The notes beneath the pieces are model-generated. The model had not been told where the DNA came from. It was given only the letters and a program-made list of their open reading frames with translations, and did not search any database. Source: Escherichia coli (GTDB lineage: Bacteria > Pseudomonadota > Gammaproteobacteria > Enterobacterales > Enterobacteriaceae). Taken from it: 64,000 nucleotides of DNA. Made by a program: the position numbers and the translations under genes. Shown piece by piece: positions 24,620 to 39,520 of this stretch; position 1 is the first letter of the stretch; every line of letters starts with the position of its first letter. The stretch is from NCBI RefSeq assembly GCF_045037415.1, contig NZ_CP173438.1; one strand, written 5' to 3'.

Positions 24620-26452
24620 GTGAACGGTGAATTGATTTGGGTTCTTTCATTACTGGCCGTTGCCATCGTCTTGTTTGCGACGGGCAGAGTGCGTATGGAT
24701 GCGGTCGCTTTGTTTGTTATTGTCGCGTTTGCATTAAGCGGAACGCTGACGGTCCCCGAAGTATTTTCCGGCTTTTCCGATCCTAACGTTGTCCTGATTG
24801 CCGCCTTGTTCATTATTGGCGATGGTTTGGTCCGTACCGGTGTTGCCACTGTAATGGGGACATGGCTGGTCAAAGTGGCGGGCAACAGTGAAATCAAAAT
24901 GTTGGTTTTGTTGATGCTGACCGTCGCGGGACTTGGCGCGTTTATGAGTTCAACCGGCGTTGTCGCTATCTTTATCCCCGTGGTGTTAAGCGTTGCCATG
25001 CGTATGCAAACGTCGCCGTCGCGTCTGATGATGCCGTTAAGTTTTGCCGGGCTGATAAGCGGCATGATGACGCTGGTGGCGACGCCGCCGAACCTGGTAG
25101 TCAACAGTGAATTACTGCGTGAAGGCTATCACGGCTTCAGTTTCTTTAGCGTAACACCTATTGGCCTGGTCGTGCTGGTGCTGGGTATTTTGTATATGTT
25201 AGTGATGCGTTTCATGCTGAAAGGGGATACCCAGACCCCACAACGCGAAGGCTGGACGCGCCGAACCTTTCGCGATCTTATCCGTGAATATCGACTGACC
25301 GGGCGTGCGCGACGTCTGGCTATTCGCCCCGGATCGCCAATGATTGGTCAACGACTGGACGATCTCAAATTACGTGAACGTTATGGTGCTAACGTCATCG
25401 GTGTTGAACGCTGGCGGCGTTTTCGTCGCGTTATCGTGAACGTTAATGGGGTTTCTGAATTTCGCGCGCGTGACGTTTTGCTTATTGATATGTCTGCGGC
25501 TGATGTCGATCTCCGGCAATTTTGTAGTGAGCAATTGCTGGAGCCGATGGTACTGCGCGGCGAGTATTTTTCTGACCAGGCCCTTGATGTGGGCATGGCA
25601 GAGATTTCATTAATTCCTGAGTCAGAACTTATTGGTAAATCGGTGCGCGAAATTGGTTTTCGTACCCGCTACGGATTGAATGTGGTGGGGCTAAAGCGCA
25701 ATGGTGTGGCGCTGGAAGGTTCGCTGGCGGATGAGCCTCTGCTGCTGGGCGATATCATTCTGGTTGTTGGTAACTGGAAACTGATCGGTATGCTGGCCAA
25801 ACAGGGCCGCGACTTCGTGGCGCTGAACTTACCGGAAGAGGTGAGTGAAGCATCGCCCGCGCACAGCCAGGCACCCCATGCCATTTTCTGTCTGGTGCTA
25901 ATGGTGGCGTTAATGCTGACCGATGAAATTCCTAATCCTGTTGCCGCTATCATCGCCTGCCTGCTGATGGGGAAATTCCGCTGTATCGATGCCGAAAGTG
26001 CCTATAAATCCATTCACTGGCCGAGCATTATTTTGATCGTTGGGATGATGCCGTTTGCTGTGGCATTACAGAAAACGGGAGGTGTCGCGCTGGCGGTGAA
26101 AGGGCTGATGGACATTGGCGGCGGTTATGGGCCACATATGATGCTGGGTTGTTTGTTTGTCTTGTCGGCGGTTATTGGGCTATTTATTTCTAATACTGCG
26201 ACGGCGGTGTTGATGGCTCCGATTGCGCTGGCTGCTGCCAAAACGATGGGGGTGTCGCCTTATCCATTTGCGATGGTCGTGGCGATGGCAGCATCCGCCG
26301 CCTTTATGACACCGATATCTTCACCTGTTAACACACTGGTTTTAGGTCCGGGGAATTACAGCTTCAGTGACTTTGTTAAGTTGGGGGTACCGTTCACCAT
26401 TATCGTGATGGCGGTTTGTGTGGTGATGATCCCGATGCTGTTTCCGTTTTGA
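24620..26452 (+). CDS. yfbS: putative anion transporter with central TrkA-C (RCK_C) domains
   Basis: 610-aa ORF, GTG start; hydrophobic N- and C-terminal halves flanking a soluble middle. Confidence 0.8.
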   Translation: MNGELIWVLSLLAVAIVLFATGRVRMDAVALFVIVAFALSGTLTVPEVFSGFSDPNVVLIAALFIIGDGLVRTGVATVMGTWLVKVAGNSEIKMLVLLMLTVAGLGAFMSSTGVVAIFIPVVLSVAMRMQTSPSRLMMPLSFAGLISGMMTLVATPPNLVVNSELLREGYHGFSFFSVTPIGLVVLVLGILYMLVMRFMLKGDTQTPQREGWTRRTFRDLIREYRLTGRARRLAIRPGSPMIGQRLDDLKLRERYGANVIGVERWRRFRRVIVNVNGVSEFRARDVLLIDMSAADVDLRQFCSEQLLEPMVLRGEYFSDQALDVGMAEISLIPESELIGKSVREIGFRTRYGLNVVGLKRNGVALEGSLADEPLLLGDIILVVGNWKLIGMLAKQGRDFVALNLPEEVSEASPAHSQAPHAIFCLVLMVALMLTDEIPNPVAAIIACLLMGKFRCIDAESAYKSIHWPSIILIVGMMPFAVALQKTGGVALAVKGLMDIGGGYGPHMMLGCLFVLSAVIGLFISNTATAVLMAPIALAAAKTMGVSPYPFAMVVAMAASAAFMTPISSPVNTLVLGPGNYSFSDFVKLGVPFTIIVMAVCVVMIPMLFPF

Positions 26453-26457
26453 CAAGA

Positions 26458-26497
26458 GCCTGATGTCGCATCCGGCGCTTATTGCCTGATGCGACGC
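26458..26497. repeat. REP-like palindromic element between convergent yfbS and yfbR
   Basis: GCCTGATGTCGCATCCGGCG...GCCTGATGCGACGC resembles the REP consensus GCCTGATGCGACGCT. Confidence 0.6.
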
Positions 26498-26510
26498 AGA
26501 CTCCAGCTGC

Positions 26511-27110
26511 TTACAGCGGTGAATCCTGGCTAATCTCATCGAGCGAAAGATGGAAGCTGGGAACAAATACTTCCATGAAGTAGTCCATCTCCTGGCTGCG
26601 ACGCGCTTCAAGCGTCGCTTCCAGTCGCGTTTTTGCCAGCAAGAATTCATTATTTCCGGCCGCGAGTTCTTCCAGACATTTCAGATATGCACACAGTGCA
26701 TCTGCCTGTTTCACCAGCGATTTTTCTTCATCGCTATATGCATGCTCGTCAATTAACGGCGCAAAGATATCCTGTAGCTCTTCCGGAACCATATCGACCA
26801 GTTTTTGCTGAGCGATTTTTTCAATAGCCTTGTATTCCTGAGCGATTTGCGAATTGAAGTATTTCACCGGAGTAGGGAGATCTCCGGTGAGCACTTCTGA
26901 AGCATCGTGGTACATCGCCAGTAAAGCGATACGTTCGGCGTTGACATTACCGCCAAATTTACGATTTTTGATAGCTGCCAGCGCATGGGCGACCATCGCT
27001 ACCTGCAAACTGTGTTCGGACACATTTTCCGTCCGCACGTTGCGCATTAGCGGCCAGCGGTTAATGAGTTTCAGGCGGGAGAGATGGGCAAAAAAATGGC
27101 TCTGTTTCAT
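26511..27110 (-). CDS. yfbR: HD-domain 5'-deoxynucleotidase
   Basis: 199-aa ORF with HD-domain motifs ([15 protein letters not shown]). Confidence 0.85.
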   Translation of the reverse strand: MKQSHFFAHLSRLKLINRWPLMRNVRTENVSEHSLQVAMVAHALAAIKNRKFGGNVNAERIALLAMYHDASEVLTGDLPTPVKYFNSQIAQEYKAIEKIAQQKLVDMVPEELQDIFAPLIDEHAYSDEEKSLVKQADALCAYLKCLEELAAGNNEFLLAKTRLEATLEARRSQEMDYFMEVFVPSFHLSLDEISQDSPL

Positions 27111-27193
27111 AGTGACCTTACGTATGATGACATCATCAGGTCATTGTGGCGGGATAACACTGCCGGATGCAATCTCCGGCAGTGAAATTAAGA

Positions 27194-28411
27194 TTACAGC
27201 TGATGATAACCAGAAAGGAAACGCGCGAACTTACTCAAAGACAGCTCGATATCATCGACACGCGGTAGCGTGACAATGCGGAAGTGATCCGGCCACGGCC
27301 AGTTGAATGCCGTCCCTTGCACCAACAGGACTTTTTCCTGCAACAGGAAATCCAGCACCATTTTCTGATCGTCGTGAATGTTAAAGCGTTTGGCGTCGAT
27401 TTTCGGGAACATATACAGCGCACCACGAGGTTTCACGCAGGAAACGCCCGGAATATCGTTGATCAATTCCCACGCGCGGTTACGCTGCTCATAAAGACGA
27501 CCGCCAGGGGTAATAAATTCACTGATGCTCTGATAACCACCCAGTGCGGTCTGAATGGCGTGTTGCGCAGGAACGTTAGCACACAGGCGCATTGAAGCCA
27601 GCATTTCCAGACCTTCGATGTAACCTTTAGCGTGTTTTTTCGGCCCGTTCAACACCATCCACCCCTGACGGAAGCCTGCAACGCGGTACGTTTTCGACAG
27701 TCCGTTAAAGGTAATGGTCAGCAGGTCAGGTGCAAGCGGCGCAATGGAGTGATGCTCAGCGTCGTCGTAGAGAATTTTGTCATAAATTTCATCGGCAAAG
27801 ATAATGAGATTATGCTGACGTGCAATCTCCACAATCTCCATTAAAAGCTCTTTGGAATATACCGCGCCGGTTGGGTTATTTGGGTTGATAATAACGATCC
27901 CACGCGTACGAGGCGTAATTTTAGCGCGAATATCATCGAGGTCCGGGAACCAGTCAGAGGATTCATCGCAAAGATAATGCACCGCTTTACCGCTGGAGAG
28001 TGAAACCGCCGCGGTCCATAGTGGGTAATCAGGTGCAGGAACCAACATTTCGTCCCCGCTGTTCAGCAATGCTTGCATTGCCTGAACGATAAGCTCCGAT
28101 ACACCATTGCCGATGTAAATATCTTCCACGGTAACATCACGCATGCCACGAGCCTGGTAGTGCTGCATGATGGCTTTACGCGCGGAGTAAAGACCTTTGG
28201 AATCGCAATACCCTTGAGCGGTAGGCAGGTTGCGTATCACGTCAACGAGAATTTCATCTGGCGCGTCAAAACCGAACGGGGCAGGGTTGCCGATGTTCAG
28301 TTTCAGAACCTTGTTACCTTCTTCTTCCAGGCGTTTTGCTTCTTTCAGCACCGGACCACGGATGTCATAACAGACATTCTCTAATTTGCTGGATTTTTCA
28401 ATGGGGGACAT
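27194..28411 (-). CDS. alaA: glutamate-pyruvate aminotransferase (class I PLP aminotransferase)
   Basis: 405-aa ORF, aminotransferase class I/II sequence; synteny yfbR-alaA-lrhA. Confidence 0.85.
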   Translation of the reverse strand: MSPIEKSSKLENVCYDIRGPVLKEAKRLEEEGNKVLKLNIGNPAPFGFDAPDEILVDVIRNLPTAQGYCDSKGLYSARKAIMQHYQARGMRDVTVEDIYIGNGVSELIVQAMQALLNSGDEMLVPAPDYPLWTAAVSLSSGKAVHYLCDESSDWFPDLDDIRAKITPRTRGIVIINPNNPTGAVYSKELLMEIVEIARQHNLIIFADEIYDKILYDDAEHHSIAPLAPDLLTITFNGLSKTYRVAGFRQGWMVLNGPKKHAKGYIEGLEMLASMRLCANVPAQHAIQTALGGYQSISEFITPGGRLYEQRNRAWELINDIPGVSCVKPRGALYMFPKIDAKRFNIHDDQKMVLDFLLQEKVLLVQGTAFNWPWPDHFRIVTLPRVDDIELSLSKFARFLSGYHQL

Positions 28412-29327
28412 GAATCTTGACCTTTTTTGCTGTTATCGCCACTCCCTGCCGTGGAAGTCAGCTTAGAACAATGTACTCCCCCAGGACGGTGTTTTGAAGG
28501 TCTGCAGAATAAGATTTTGCCAGAGGGGAAGGCTCGATTGTGCTGTTAATAACTTAATAATGGCAAAATAATGAGGTGCATATGCTTAATAAGTAATGTT
28601 ATGTAGTGAATTGTTCTGATTCTTAATTGTAAGTGTGGTTTTTTTATCTGTAAGATAATTGTGTGAAAATGCCTCGTTTAAGAATTCACTACTGAATCGC
28701 GATGATGATATTTCCGCATTACGGAGAGTTTAACAGCGTGATGATTTCCGAGGTGTCACAATGGGGGCAAGGTGTGAAACTATTGTTAAGCGGAATTAAT
28801 GAATGGGGATGAAGCTAATTAATTATTATTTAATATTCAAAAAGGTTTTGTTGTGCTTATTAATAATAGAAGATTACTTTGCCTAACATAACATAACTTT
28901 GCATCAGATAATTCGCAATGACCCTTATAAATAAAAGGTTTTTGGGGTAAAATGCTTGCATAAATGACGGATCCCTGCTCTTGATGCCGCCTCACCATTG
29001 CTGTTTGTACGTGTTCGCGTATGACCAGCGATGCTGTACGAGAGTGGAACAAGGACTCACATTTACATTTATACAAACACGCGCATGTCATAAATAGAAA
29101 AGAGTGAGTAACTTAATAGATATGCGATCCCTGAAGATATATTCTGTGATCTACTTCAGGCATTATAACGGAACAATGTGAGTCGCTTTTTTAGTGCAAC
29201 TCATATGCATTTTTACTTTCGTCCGGGTTCCGGATGAAACTGCCAGGGAGGCACATTACAAATGGAATTGCTTGTTTGTGTGTGCACAGCATTAACCAGC
29301 TCAGTATGAGCCGCCAGTAAGTGATAA

Positions 29328-30269
<942 letters not shown>

Positions 30270-30314
30270 TCGACGGACGATAGATAATTCCTGAGACAAT
30301 AGTGTAAAAACGAA

Positions 30315-30352
30315 CCGCTGGGTTTATTTTAAACCCCAGCGGCTTTTTTTTA
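30315..30352 (+). terminator. intrinsic terminator after lrhA
   Basis: CCGCTGGG (30315-30322) / CCCAGCGG (30335-30342), then a 9-nt T-run. Confidence 0.65.
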
Positions 30353-30898
30353 GTAAAAAGCCTTCCTCGTATCGTGCAGAACGTATAAAACTGTTCATTT
30401 TTCAATCACCAGAGATTCACGCCCCGTACGCACAAATAATCACCTGAAAAAAATCTCCTGCTACAATAATGTTAAAAAATACGTGAATTTGTTGCTGCGT
30501 TTTTGTTATAGAATGACAAAAGCGTGTCACAGATCAAGAAAATACTCTCTTTTGGGGGGAGGAATCGACACAAATTCCTGTCAAAATAGACCCGTATTTT
30601 TTCCATTGCTTCACAACGGACACGATTCAACAACATCTAATTTTCCTGGAGTCGTCAATGATCTGGGGAGAAAGGGCGCCAAATGCAAATGTTGTTGTCA
30701 TTGTGTAAATCAGTGTGAAGAAACCTTTGTTAAAGTTGACAAAAGGTTATAGAAAGGAGTAAAAGACCACATCAATTAGCTGTATAAAATAGTTTCTGCA
30801 GTTATTGTAAGGTTTTTTTTATTCCTCCCCATGAATCGATGTGGCGTCCATCTGCCGTGAAGAGCAGTGAATCTGGCGCTACTTTTGATGAGTAAGCA

Positions 30899-31342
30899 AT
30901 GAGTATGTCAACATCCACTGAAGTCATCGCTCATCACTGGGCATTCGCTATCTTTCTTATCGTTGCCATTGGCCTGTGTTGCCTGATGCTGGTAGGCGGT
31001 TGGTTTTTAGGCGGTCGCGCACGCGCGAGGTCAAAAAACGTTCCGTTTGAATCCGGTATCGACTCGGTCGGCTCCGCCCGCTTACGCCTGTCCGCCAAGT
31101 TTTATCTGGTGGCCATGTTCTTCGTTATCTTCGACGTTGAAGCGCTGTATCTGTTCGCATGGTCAACCTCTATCCGCGAAAGCGGCTGGGTAGGCTTTGT
31201 GGAAGCTGCAATTTTTATTTTTGTGTTACTGGCAGGTCTGGTTTATCTGGTGCGTATTGGCGCGCTGGACTGGACGCCCGCGCGTTCACGCCGCGAGCGT
31301 ATGAACCCGGAAACGGACAGTATCGCTAATCGTCAACGCTAA
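30899..31342 (+). CDS. nuoA: NADH-quinone oxidoreductase subunit A
   Basis: 147-aa membrane ORF, first of 13 contiguous nuo genes. Confidence 0.95.
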   Translation: MSMSTSTEVIAHHWAFAIFLIVAIGLCCLMLVGGWFLGGRARARSKNVPFESGIDSVGSARLRLSAKFYLVAMFFVIFDVEALYLFAWSTSIRESGWVGFVEAAIFIFVLLAGLVYLVRIGALDWTPARSRRERMNPETDSIANRQR

Positions 31343-31357
31343 CCGCGAGGCATTAAG

Positions 31358-32020
31358 ATGGATTATACGCTCACCCGCATAGATCCCAACGGTGAGAACG
31401 ACCGTTACCCCCTGCAAAAGCAGGAGATCGTAACCGACCCTCTGGAGCAAGAAGTTAACAAAAACGTGTTTATGGGCAAGCTCAATGACATGGTTAACTG
31501 GGGTCGTAAAAACTCAATTTGGCCGTATAACTTCGGCCTTTCCTGCTGTTACGTTGAGATGGTGACTTCGTTTACCGCGGTGCATGACGTGGCGCGTTTT
31601 GGCGCTGAAGTATTGCGTGCTTCGCCGCGTCAGGCTGACCTGATGGTGGTTGCAGGAACCTGCTTTACCAAAATGGCACCGGTTATTCAGCGTTTGTATG
31701 ACCAGATGCTGGAACCAAAATGGGTTATCTCAATGGGTGCCTGTGCCAACTCCGGCGGTATGTACGATATTTATTCCGTTGTGCAGGGCGTTGATAAATT
31801 CATCCCGGTTGATGTGTATATCCCGGGCTGTCCGCCGCGTCCTGAAGCGTACATGCAGGCACTGATGCTGTTGCAGGAATCTATCGGTAAAGAACGTCGT
31901 CCGCTCTCCTGGGTGGTTGGCGATCAGGGCGTTTATCGCGCCAATATGCAATCAGAGCGCGAACGCAAGCGCGGTGAACGCATTGCCGTAACCAACCTGC
32001 GTACACCTGACGAGATTTAA
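31358..32020 (+). CDS. nuoB: NADH-quinone oxidoreductase subunit B
   Basis: 220-aa ORF with N2 Fe-S cluster cysteines (SCCYVEM...GCPP). Confidence 0.95.
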
Positions 32021-32113
32021 TTTGCGCCTGTCGGCAAAGGGAATTTTCTTCGCTTATTCCTAAATCTATTTCGCGAAGCTTACTGCGCCGACAGTCACCA
32101 CGGACCATTTGCA

Positions 32114-33916
32114 ATGGTGAACAATATGACCGACTTAACCGCGCAAGAACCCGCCTGGCAGACCCGCGATCATCTTGATGATCCGGTGATTGGCGAACTG
32201 CGCAACCGTTTTGGGCCGGATGCCTTTACTGTTCAGGCGACTCGCACCGGGGTTCCCGTTGTGTGGATCAAGCGTGAACAATTACTGGAAGTGGGCGATT
32301 TCTTAAAGAAACTGCCGAAACCTTACGTCATGCTGTTTGACTTACACGGCATGGACGAACGTCTGCGCACACACCGCGAAGGGTTACCTGCCGCGGATTT
32401 TTCCGTTTTCTACCATCTGATTTCTATCGATCGTAACCGCGACATCATGCTGAAGGTGGCGCTGGCAGAAAACGACCTGCACGTACCGACCTTTACCAAA
32501 CTATTCCCGAACGCTAACTGGTATGAGCGTGAAACCTGGGATCTATTTGGCATTACATTCGACGGTCACCCGAACCTGCGCCGCATCATGATGCCGCAAA
32601 CCTGGAAAGGTCACCCGCTGCGTAAAGATTACCCGGCGCGCGCTACCGAATTCTCGCCGTTTGAGCTGACCAAAGCCAAACAGGATCTGGAGATGGAAGC
32701 CCTGACCTTCAAACCGGAAGAGTGGGGGATGAAGCGCGGCACCGAAAACGAGGACTTCATGTTCCTCAACCTCGGTCCGAACCACCCGTCTGCGCACGGT
32801 GCTTTCCGTATCGTTTTGCAGCTTGATGGCGAAGAGATTGTCGACTGCGTACCAGACATCGGTTACCACCACCGTGGCGCTGAGAAAATGGGCGAACGCC
32901 AGTCCTGGCACAGCTACATTCCGTATACCGACCGTATCGAATACCTCGGCGGCTGCGTTAACGAAATGCCTTATGTGCTGGCGGTAGAGAAACTGGCTGG
33001 GATCACCGTGCCGGATCGCGTTAACGTCATTCGCGTAATGCTCTCCGAACTGTTCCGCATCAACAGTCACCTGCTGTATATCTCCACCTTTATTCAGGAC
33101 GTCGGCGCGATGACGCCAGTGTTCTTCGCCTTTACCGATCGTCAGAAAATTTACGATCTGGTGGAAGCAATCACTGGTTTTCGTATGCACCCGGCGTGGT
33201 TCCGTATTGGCGGCGTAGCGCACGACCTGCCGCGCGGCTGGGATCGCCTGCTGCGTGAGTTCCTCGACTGGATGCCTAAACGTCTGGCGTCTTACGAGAA
33301 AGCGGCGCTGCAAAACACCATTCTGAAAGGTCGTTCCCAGGGCGTTGCCGCCTATGGCGCGAAAGAGGCGCTGGAGTGGGGCACCACTGGCGCGGGCCTG
33401 CGTGCTACCGGGATCGACTTCGACGTGCGTAAGGCGCGTCCTTATTCTGGCTATGAAAACTTCGACTTTGAAATCCCGGTGGGTGGTGGTGTTTCTGACT
33501 GCTACACCCGCGTAATGCTGAAAGTGGAAGAGCTGCGCCAGAGTCTGCGCATTCTTGAGCAGTGCCTCAACAACATGCCGGAAGGCCCGTTCAAGGCGGA
33601 TCATCCGCTGACCACGCCGCCGCCGAAAGAGCGCACGCTGCAACATATCGAAACCCTGATCACCCACTTCCTGCAAGTGTCGTGGGGTCCGGTGATGCCT
33701 GCCAATGAATCCTTCCAGATGGTTGAGGCGACCAAGGGGATCAACAGTTACTACCTGACCAGCGACGGCAGCACCATGAGTTATCGCACCCGTATCCGTA
33801 CGCCGAGTTATGCGCATTTGCAGCAAATTCCGGCGGCGATCCGCGGCAGCCTGGTGTCTGACCTGATTGTTTATCTGGGCAGTATCGATTTTGTTATGTC
33901 AGATGTGGACCGCTAA
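32114..33916 (+). CDS. nuoC: NADH-quinone oxidoreductase fused subunit C/D
   Basis: 600-aa ORF from ATG 32114 (alternative ATG at 32126 gives 596 aa); fused 30-kDa and 49-kDa subunits as in E. coli. Confidence 0.9.
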
Positions 33917-33918
33917 TT

Positions 33919-34419
33919 ATGCACGAGAATCAACAACCACAAACCGAGGCTTTTGAGCTGAGTGCGGCAGAGCGTGAAGCGATTGAGCACGAGATGCACC
34001 ACTACGAAGACCCGCGTGCGGCGTCCATTGAAGCGCTGAAAATCGTTCAGAAGCAGCGTGGCTGGGTGCCGGATGGCGCGATCCACGCGATCGCCGATGT
34101 GCTGGGTATTCCGGCGAGCGACGTCGAAGGCGTGGCAACGTTTTATAGCCAGATCTTCCGTCAGCCAGTAGGCCGCCATGTGATCCGTTATTGCGACAGC
34201 GTGGTCTGTCATATCAACGGTTACCAGGGTATTCAGGCGGCGCTGGAGAAAAAACTGAACATCAAACCAGGGCAAACGACATTTGACGGTCGCTTTACGC
34301 TGCTGCCAACTTGCTGCCTGGGGAACTGTGATAAAGGGCCAAACATGATGATCGATGAGGACACTCACGCGCATCTGACCCCGGAAGCGATCCCTGAACT
34401 GCTGGAGCGGTATAAATGA
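33919..34419 (+). CDS. nuoE: NADH-quinone oxidoreductase subunit E
   Basis: 166-aa ORF, 2Fe-2S thioredoxin-like subunit. Confidence 0.95.
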
Positions 34420-35753
34420 AAAACATTATCCGTACTCCCGAAACGCATCCGCTGACCTGGCGTCTGCGCGATGACAAACAGCCAGTGTGGCTGGACGAAT
34501 ATCGCAGCAAAAACGGTTACGAAGGCGCGCGTAAGGCGCTGACCGGGCTGTCTCCGGACGAAATCGTTAATCAGGTAAAAGACTCTGGTCTGAAAGGGCG
34601 CGGCGGCGCGGGCTTTTCTACTGGCCTGAAGTGGAGCCTGATGCCGAAAGACGAATCCATGAACATCCGTTACCTGCTGTGTAATGCCGATGAAATGGAG
34701 CCGGGCACCTATAAAGACCGTCTGCTGATGGAGCAACTACCGCACCTGCTGGTGGAAGGTATGCTCATTTCTGCGTTTGCGCTGAAAGCGTATCGTGGCT
34801 ACATCTTCTTGCGTGGCGAATATATTGAAGCGGCAGTGAATCTGCGCCGTGCCATTGCCGAAGCCACCGAAGCGGGTCTGCTTGGCAAAAACATTATGGG
34901 AACAGGTTTCGATTTCGAACTGTTCGTCCATACCGGGGCAGGGCGCTACATCTGCGGTGAAGAAACAGCGTTAATCAACTCCCTGGAAGGGCGTCGCGCT
35001 AACCCACGCTCGAAGCCGCCCTTCCCGGCAACCTCCGGTGCATGGGGTAAACCAACCTGCGTTAACAACGTCGAAACCCTGTGTAACGTTCCGGCGATCC
35101 TCGCTAACGGCGTGGAGTGGTATCAGAACATCTCGAAAAGTAAAGATGCTGGCACCAAGCTGATGGGCTTCTCCGGTCGGGTGAAAAATCCGGGTCTGTG
35201 GGAACTGCCGTTCGGCACCACCGCGCGTGAAATCCTTGAAGATTACGCTGGTGGTATGCGTGACGGCCTGAAATTCAAAGCCTGGCAGCCAGGCGGCGCG
35301 GGCACCGACTTCCTGACCGAAGCGCACCTTGACCTGCCGATGGAATTCGAAAGTATCGGTAAAGCGGGAAGCCGTCTGGGTACGGCGCTGGCGATGGCGG
35401 TTGACCACGAGATTAACATGGTGTCGCTGGTGCGTAACCTGGAAGAGTTTTTCGCCCGTGAGTCCTGCGGCTGGTGTACGCCATGCCGCGACGGTCTGCC
35501 GTGGAGCGTGAAAATTCTGCGTGCGCTGGAGCGTGGTGAAGGTCAGCCGGGCGATATCGAAACACTTGAGCAACTGTGTCGATTCTTAGGTCCGGGTAAA
35601 ACTTTCTGTGCCCACGCACCTGGTGCAGTGGAGCCGTTACAGAGCGCCATCAAATATTTCCGCGAAGAATTTGAGGCGGGAATCAAACAGCCGTTCAGCA
35701 ATACCCATTTGATTAATGGGATTCAGCCGAACCTGCTGAAAGAGCGCTGGTAA
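34416..35753 (+). CDS. nuoF: NADH-quinone oxidoreductase subunit F (NADH/FMN-binding)
   Basis: 445-aa ORF overlapping nuoE stop (ATGA). Confidence 0.95.
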   Translation: MKNIIRTPETHPLTWRLRDDKQPVWLDEYRSKNGYEGARKALTGLSPDEIVNQVKDSGLKGRGGAGFSTGLKWSLMPKDESMNIRYLLCNADEMEPGTYKDRLLMEQLPHLLVEGMLISAFALKAYRGYIFLRGEYIEAAVNLRRAIAEATEAGLLGKNIMGTGFDFELFVHTGAGRYICGEETALINSLEGRRANPRSKPPFPATSGAWGKPTCVNNVETLCNVPAILANGVEWYQNISKSKDAGTKLMGFSGRVKNPGLWELPFGTTAREILEDYAGGMRDGLKFKAWQPGGAGTDFLTEAHLDLPMEFESIGKAGSRLGTALAMAVDHEINMVSLVRNLEEFFARESCGWCTPCRDGLPWSVKILRALERGEGQPGDIETLEQLCRFLGPGKTFCAHAPGAVEPLQSAIKYFREEFEAGIKQPFSNTHLINGIQPNLLKERW

Positions 35754-35805
35754 CCGAATTTCGATTAACGCTCAGTCTCTGACTGAGAAAACTGGAAGCA
35801 TGCTA

Positions 35806-38532
35806 ATGGCTACAATTCATGTAGACGGCAAAGAATACGAGGTCAACGGGGCGGACAACCTGCTGGAAGCTTGTCTGTCTCTGGGCCTTGATATTCCTTA
35901 CTTTTGCTGGCATCCGGCGCTGGGAAGCGTCGGTGCTTGCCGCCAGTGTGCGGTGAAGCAATACCAAAACGCGGAAGACACGCGTGGTCGCCTGGTGATG
36001 TCCTGTATGACACCGGCTTCCGATGGCACCTTTATTTCCATTGACGACGAAGAAGCGAAACAGTTCCGTGAAAGCGTGGTCGAGTGGTTGATGACCAACC
36101 ACCCGCACGACTGTCCGGTATGTGAAGAGGGCGGTAACTGCCACCTTCAGGATATGACCGTGATGACCGGACACAGCTTCCGTCGCTACCGTTTCACCAA
36201 ACGTACTCACCGTAATCAGGATTTGGGGCCGTTCATCTCTCACGAAATGAACCGCTGCATCGCCTGCTACCGCTGCGTGCGTTACTACAAAGATTACGCT
36301 GACGGTACGGACCTGGGCGTTTACGGTGCGCACGACAACGTCTACTTCGGTCGCCCGGAAGACGGCACGCTGGAAAGCGAATTTTCCGGTAACCTGGTCG
36401 AAATTTGTCCGACCGGCGTATTCACCGACAAAACGCACTCCGAGCGTTACAACCGTAAATGGGATATGCAGTTTGCGCCGAGCATCTGCCAGCAATGTTC
36501 CATCGGCTGTAACATCAGCCCCGGCGAGCGTTATGGCGAACTGCGTCGTATCGAAAACCGTTACAACGGTACGGTAAACCACTACTTCCTCTGCGACCGT
36601 GGTCGTTTCGGTTACGGTTACGTCAACCTGAAAGATCGTCCGCGTCAGCCAGTACAGCGTCGTGGCGATGATTTCATTACCCTCAACGCCGAACAGGCAA
36701 TGCAGGGCGCAGCAGATATTCTGCGTCAGTCGAAGAAAGTGATCGGTATTGGTTCTCCGCGTGCCAGCGTGGAAAGCAACTTTGCGCTGCGTGAGCTGGT
36801 GGGCGAAGAAAACTTCTATACCGGTATCGCTCACGGTGAGCAGGAACGTCTGCAACTGGCGCTGAAAGTACTGCGTGAAGGCGGCATTTATACTCCGGCT
36901 CTGCGCGAAATCGAATCTTACGATGCGGTACTGGTGCTGGGCGAAGACGTTACCCAGACCGGCGCGCGCGTCGCGCTGGCAGTGCGTCAGGCGGTGAAAG
37001 GTAAAGCGCGCGAAATGGCGGCAGCACAGAAAGTGGCTGACTGGCAGATTGCGGCAATCCTCAACATCGGTCAACGTGCGAAGCATCCGCTGTTTGTTAC
37101 CAACGTTGATGACACCCGTCTGGATGATATCGCGGCGTGGACTTACCGCGCACCGGTTGAAGATCAGGCGCGTTTAGGTTTTGCCATCGCTCATGCGCTG
37201 GATAACTCTGCACCAGCGGTTGACGGTATTGAGCCTGAGCTGCAAAGCAAAATCGACGTCATCGTGCAGGCACTGGCTGGTGCGAAGAAACCGTTGATTA
37301 TCTCCGGGACGAACGCTGGTAGCGCTGAAGTGATTCAGGCTGCGGCTAACGTGGCGAAAGCCCTGAAAGGTCGCGGCGCTGACGTCGGTATCACCATGAT
37401 TGCCCGTTCCGTCAACAGCATGGGGCTGGGCATTATGGGCGGTGGATCGCTTGAAGAAGCGTTAACCGAACTGGAAACCGGACGCGCCGACGCGGTGGTG
37501 GTGCTGGAAAACGATCTGCATCGTCACGCTTCCGCTACCCGCGTGAATGCTGCGCTGGCTAAAGCGCCGCTGGTGATGGTGGTTGACCATCAACGCACAG
37601 CGATTATGGAAAACGCCCATCTGGTACTTTCCGCCGCCAGCTTTGCTGAAAGCGACGGTACGGTGATCAACAACGAAGGCCGCGCCCAACGTTTCTTCCA
37701 GGTTTACGATCCGGCTTATTACGACAGCAAAACTGTCATGCTGGAAAGCTGGCGCTGGCTGCACTCGCTGCATAGCACCCTGCTGAGCCGTGAAGTGGAC
37801 TGGACGCAGCTCGACCACGTGATTGACGCTGTTGTGGCGAAAATCCCGGAACTGGCAGGTATCAAAGATGCTGCGCCGGATGCGACATTCCGTATTCGTG
37901 GGCAGAAACTGGCCCGTGAACCGCATCGCTATAGCGGTCGTACCGCCATGCGCGCCAATATCAGCGTTCATGAGCCGCGTCAGCCGCAGGATATTGACAC
38001 TATGTTCACCTTCTCGATGGAAGGTAACAACCAGCCGACCGCGCACCGTTCGCAAGTGCCGTTTGCCTGGGCACCAGGCTGGAACTCCCCGCAGGCGTGG
38101 AACAAATTCCAGGACGAAGTGGGCGGCAAACTGCGTTTTGGCGATCCGGGCGTGCGTCTGTTTGAAACCAGCGAAAACGGTCTGGATTACTTCACCAGCG
38201 TACCGGCACGCTTCCAGCCGCAGGACGGGAAATGGCGTATCGCGCCGTACTACCACCTGTTTGGCAGCGATGAATTGTCACAGCGTGCTCCGGTCTTCCA
38301 GAGCCGTATGCCGCAGCCGTACATCAAACTCAACCCAGCGGATGCCGCGAAGTTGGGGGTGAACGCAGGTACACGCGTCTCCTTTAGTTACGATGGCAAC
38401 ACGGTCACGCTGCCGGTTGAAATCGCCGAAGGGCTGACGGCAGGGCAGGTGGGCTTACCGATGGGTATGTCCGGCATTGCTCCGGTGCTGGCTGGCGCGC
38501 ATCTTGAGGATCTCAAGGAGGCACAACAATGA
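35806..38532 (+). CDS. nuoG: NADH-quinone oxidoreductase subunit G
   Basis: Track ORF from 35800; ATG at 35806 has better spacing to GGAAG and gives [13 protein letters not shown] (908 aa); Fe-S cysteine clusters. Confidence 0.95.
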   Translation: MATIHVDGKEYEVNGADNLLEACLSLGLDIPYFCWHPALGSVGACRQCAVKQYQNAEDTRGRLVMSCMTPASDGTFISIDDEEAKQFRESVVEWLMTNHPHDCPVCEEGGNCHLQDMTVMTGHSFRRYRFTKRTHRNQDLGPFISHEMNRCIACYRCVRYYKDYADGTDLGVYGAHDNVYFGRPEDGTLESEFSGNLVEICPTGVFTDKTHSERYNRKWDMQFAPSICQQCSIGCNISPGERYGELRRIENRYNGTVNHYFLCDRGRFGYGYVNLKDRPRQPVQRRGDDFITLNAEQAMQGAADILRQSKKVIGIGSPRASVESNFALRELVGEENFYTGIAHGEQERLQLALKVLREGGIYTPALREIESYDAVLVLGEDVTQTGARVALAVRQAVKGKAREMAAAQKVADWQIAAILNIGQRAKHPLFVTNVDDTRLDDIAAWTYRAPVEDQARLGFAIAHALDNSAPAVDGIEPELQSKIDVIVQALAGAKKPLIISGTNAGSAEVIQAAANVAKALKGRGADVGITMIARSVNSMGLGIMGGGSLEEALTELETGRADAVVVLENDLHRHASATRVNAALAKAPLVMVVDHQRTAIMENAHLVLSAASFAESDGTVINNEGRAQRFFQVYDPAYYDSKTVMLESWRWLHSLHSTLLSREVDWTQLDHVIDAVVAKIPELAGIKDAAPDATFRIRGQKLAREPHRYSGRTAMRANISVHEPRQPQDIDTMFTFSMEGNNQPTAHRSQVPFAWAPGWNSPQAWNKFQDEVGGKLRFGDPGVRLFETSENGLDYFTSVPARFQPQDGKWRIAPYYHLFGSDELSQRAPVFQSRMPQPYIKLNPADAAKLGVNAGTRVSFSYDGNTVTLPVEIAEGLTAGQVGLPMGMSGIAPVLAGAHLEDLKEAQQ

Positions 38533-39506
38533 GTTGGATATCACCGGAACTGATTGAGATCCTGCTGACCGTCCTTAAAGCGGTGGTGATCCTGCTGGTG
38601 GTAGTCACCTGTGGGGCATTCATGAGCTTTGGCGAACGTCGCCTGCTGGGTCTGTTCCAGAACCGTTATGGACCTAACCGTGTTGGCTGGGGCGGTTCGC
38701 TCCAGCTGGTTGCGGACATGATCAAAATGTTCTTTAAAGAAGACTGGATCCCGAAATTCTCGGATCGCGTCATCTTTACCCTGGCACCGATGATTGCCTT
38801 TACCTCGCTGCTGCTGGCCTTTGCAATTGTGCCAGTCAGTCCGGGTTGGGTGGTTGCCGACCTGAACATCGGGATTTTGTTCTTCCTGATGATGGCAGGT
38901 CTGGCGGTTTACGCGGTGCTGTTTGCGGGCTGGTCAAGTAACAACAAATACTCGCTGCTGGGTGCGATGCGTGCTTCTGCGCAGACCCTGAGCTACGAAG
39001 TGTTCCTCGGGCTTTCCTTGATGGGCGTGGTGGCGCAGGCCGGTTCATTCAACATGACCGACATCGTCAACAGCCAGGCGCATGTGTGGAACGTCATCCC
39101 GCAATTCTTTGGTTTTATTACCTTTGCCATCGCGGGCGTGGCGGTGTGTCACCGTCACCCGTTTGACCAGCCGGAAGCCGAGCAGGAACTGGCGGATGGT
39201 TACCACATTGAATATTCCGGTATGAAGTTCGGTCTGTTCTTCGTGGGCGAATACATCGGGATTGTGACCATCTCTGCACTGATGGTGACGCTGTTCTTCG
39301 GTGGCTGGCAAGGCCCGTTGTTACCGCCATTCATCTGGTTCGCGCTGAAAACCGCGTTCTTTATGATGATGTTCATTTTGATTCGTGCGTCGTTACCGCG
39401 TCCGCGTTATGACCAGGTAATGTCCTTCGGCTGGAAAATCTGCCTGCCGCTGACGCTGATCAACTTGCTGGTAACGGCGGCTGTCATTCTCTGGCAGGCG
39501 CAATAA
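38529..39506 (+). CDS. nuoH: NADH-quinone oxidoreductase subunit H
   Basis: 325-aa membrane ORF overlapping nuoG stop. Confidence 0.95.
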
Positions 39507-39520
39507 GGGGCAATAAGACC

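Noticed and set aside
28703-28810. Possible ~35-codon small ORF (MMIFPHYGEF...) inside the alaA-lrhA AT-rich region
   Set aside because: No convincing RBS, and the composition simply mirrors the AT-rich DNA; kept only as part of the broader note on that intergenic region.
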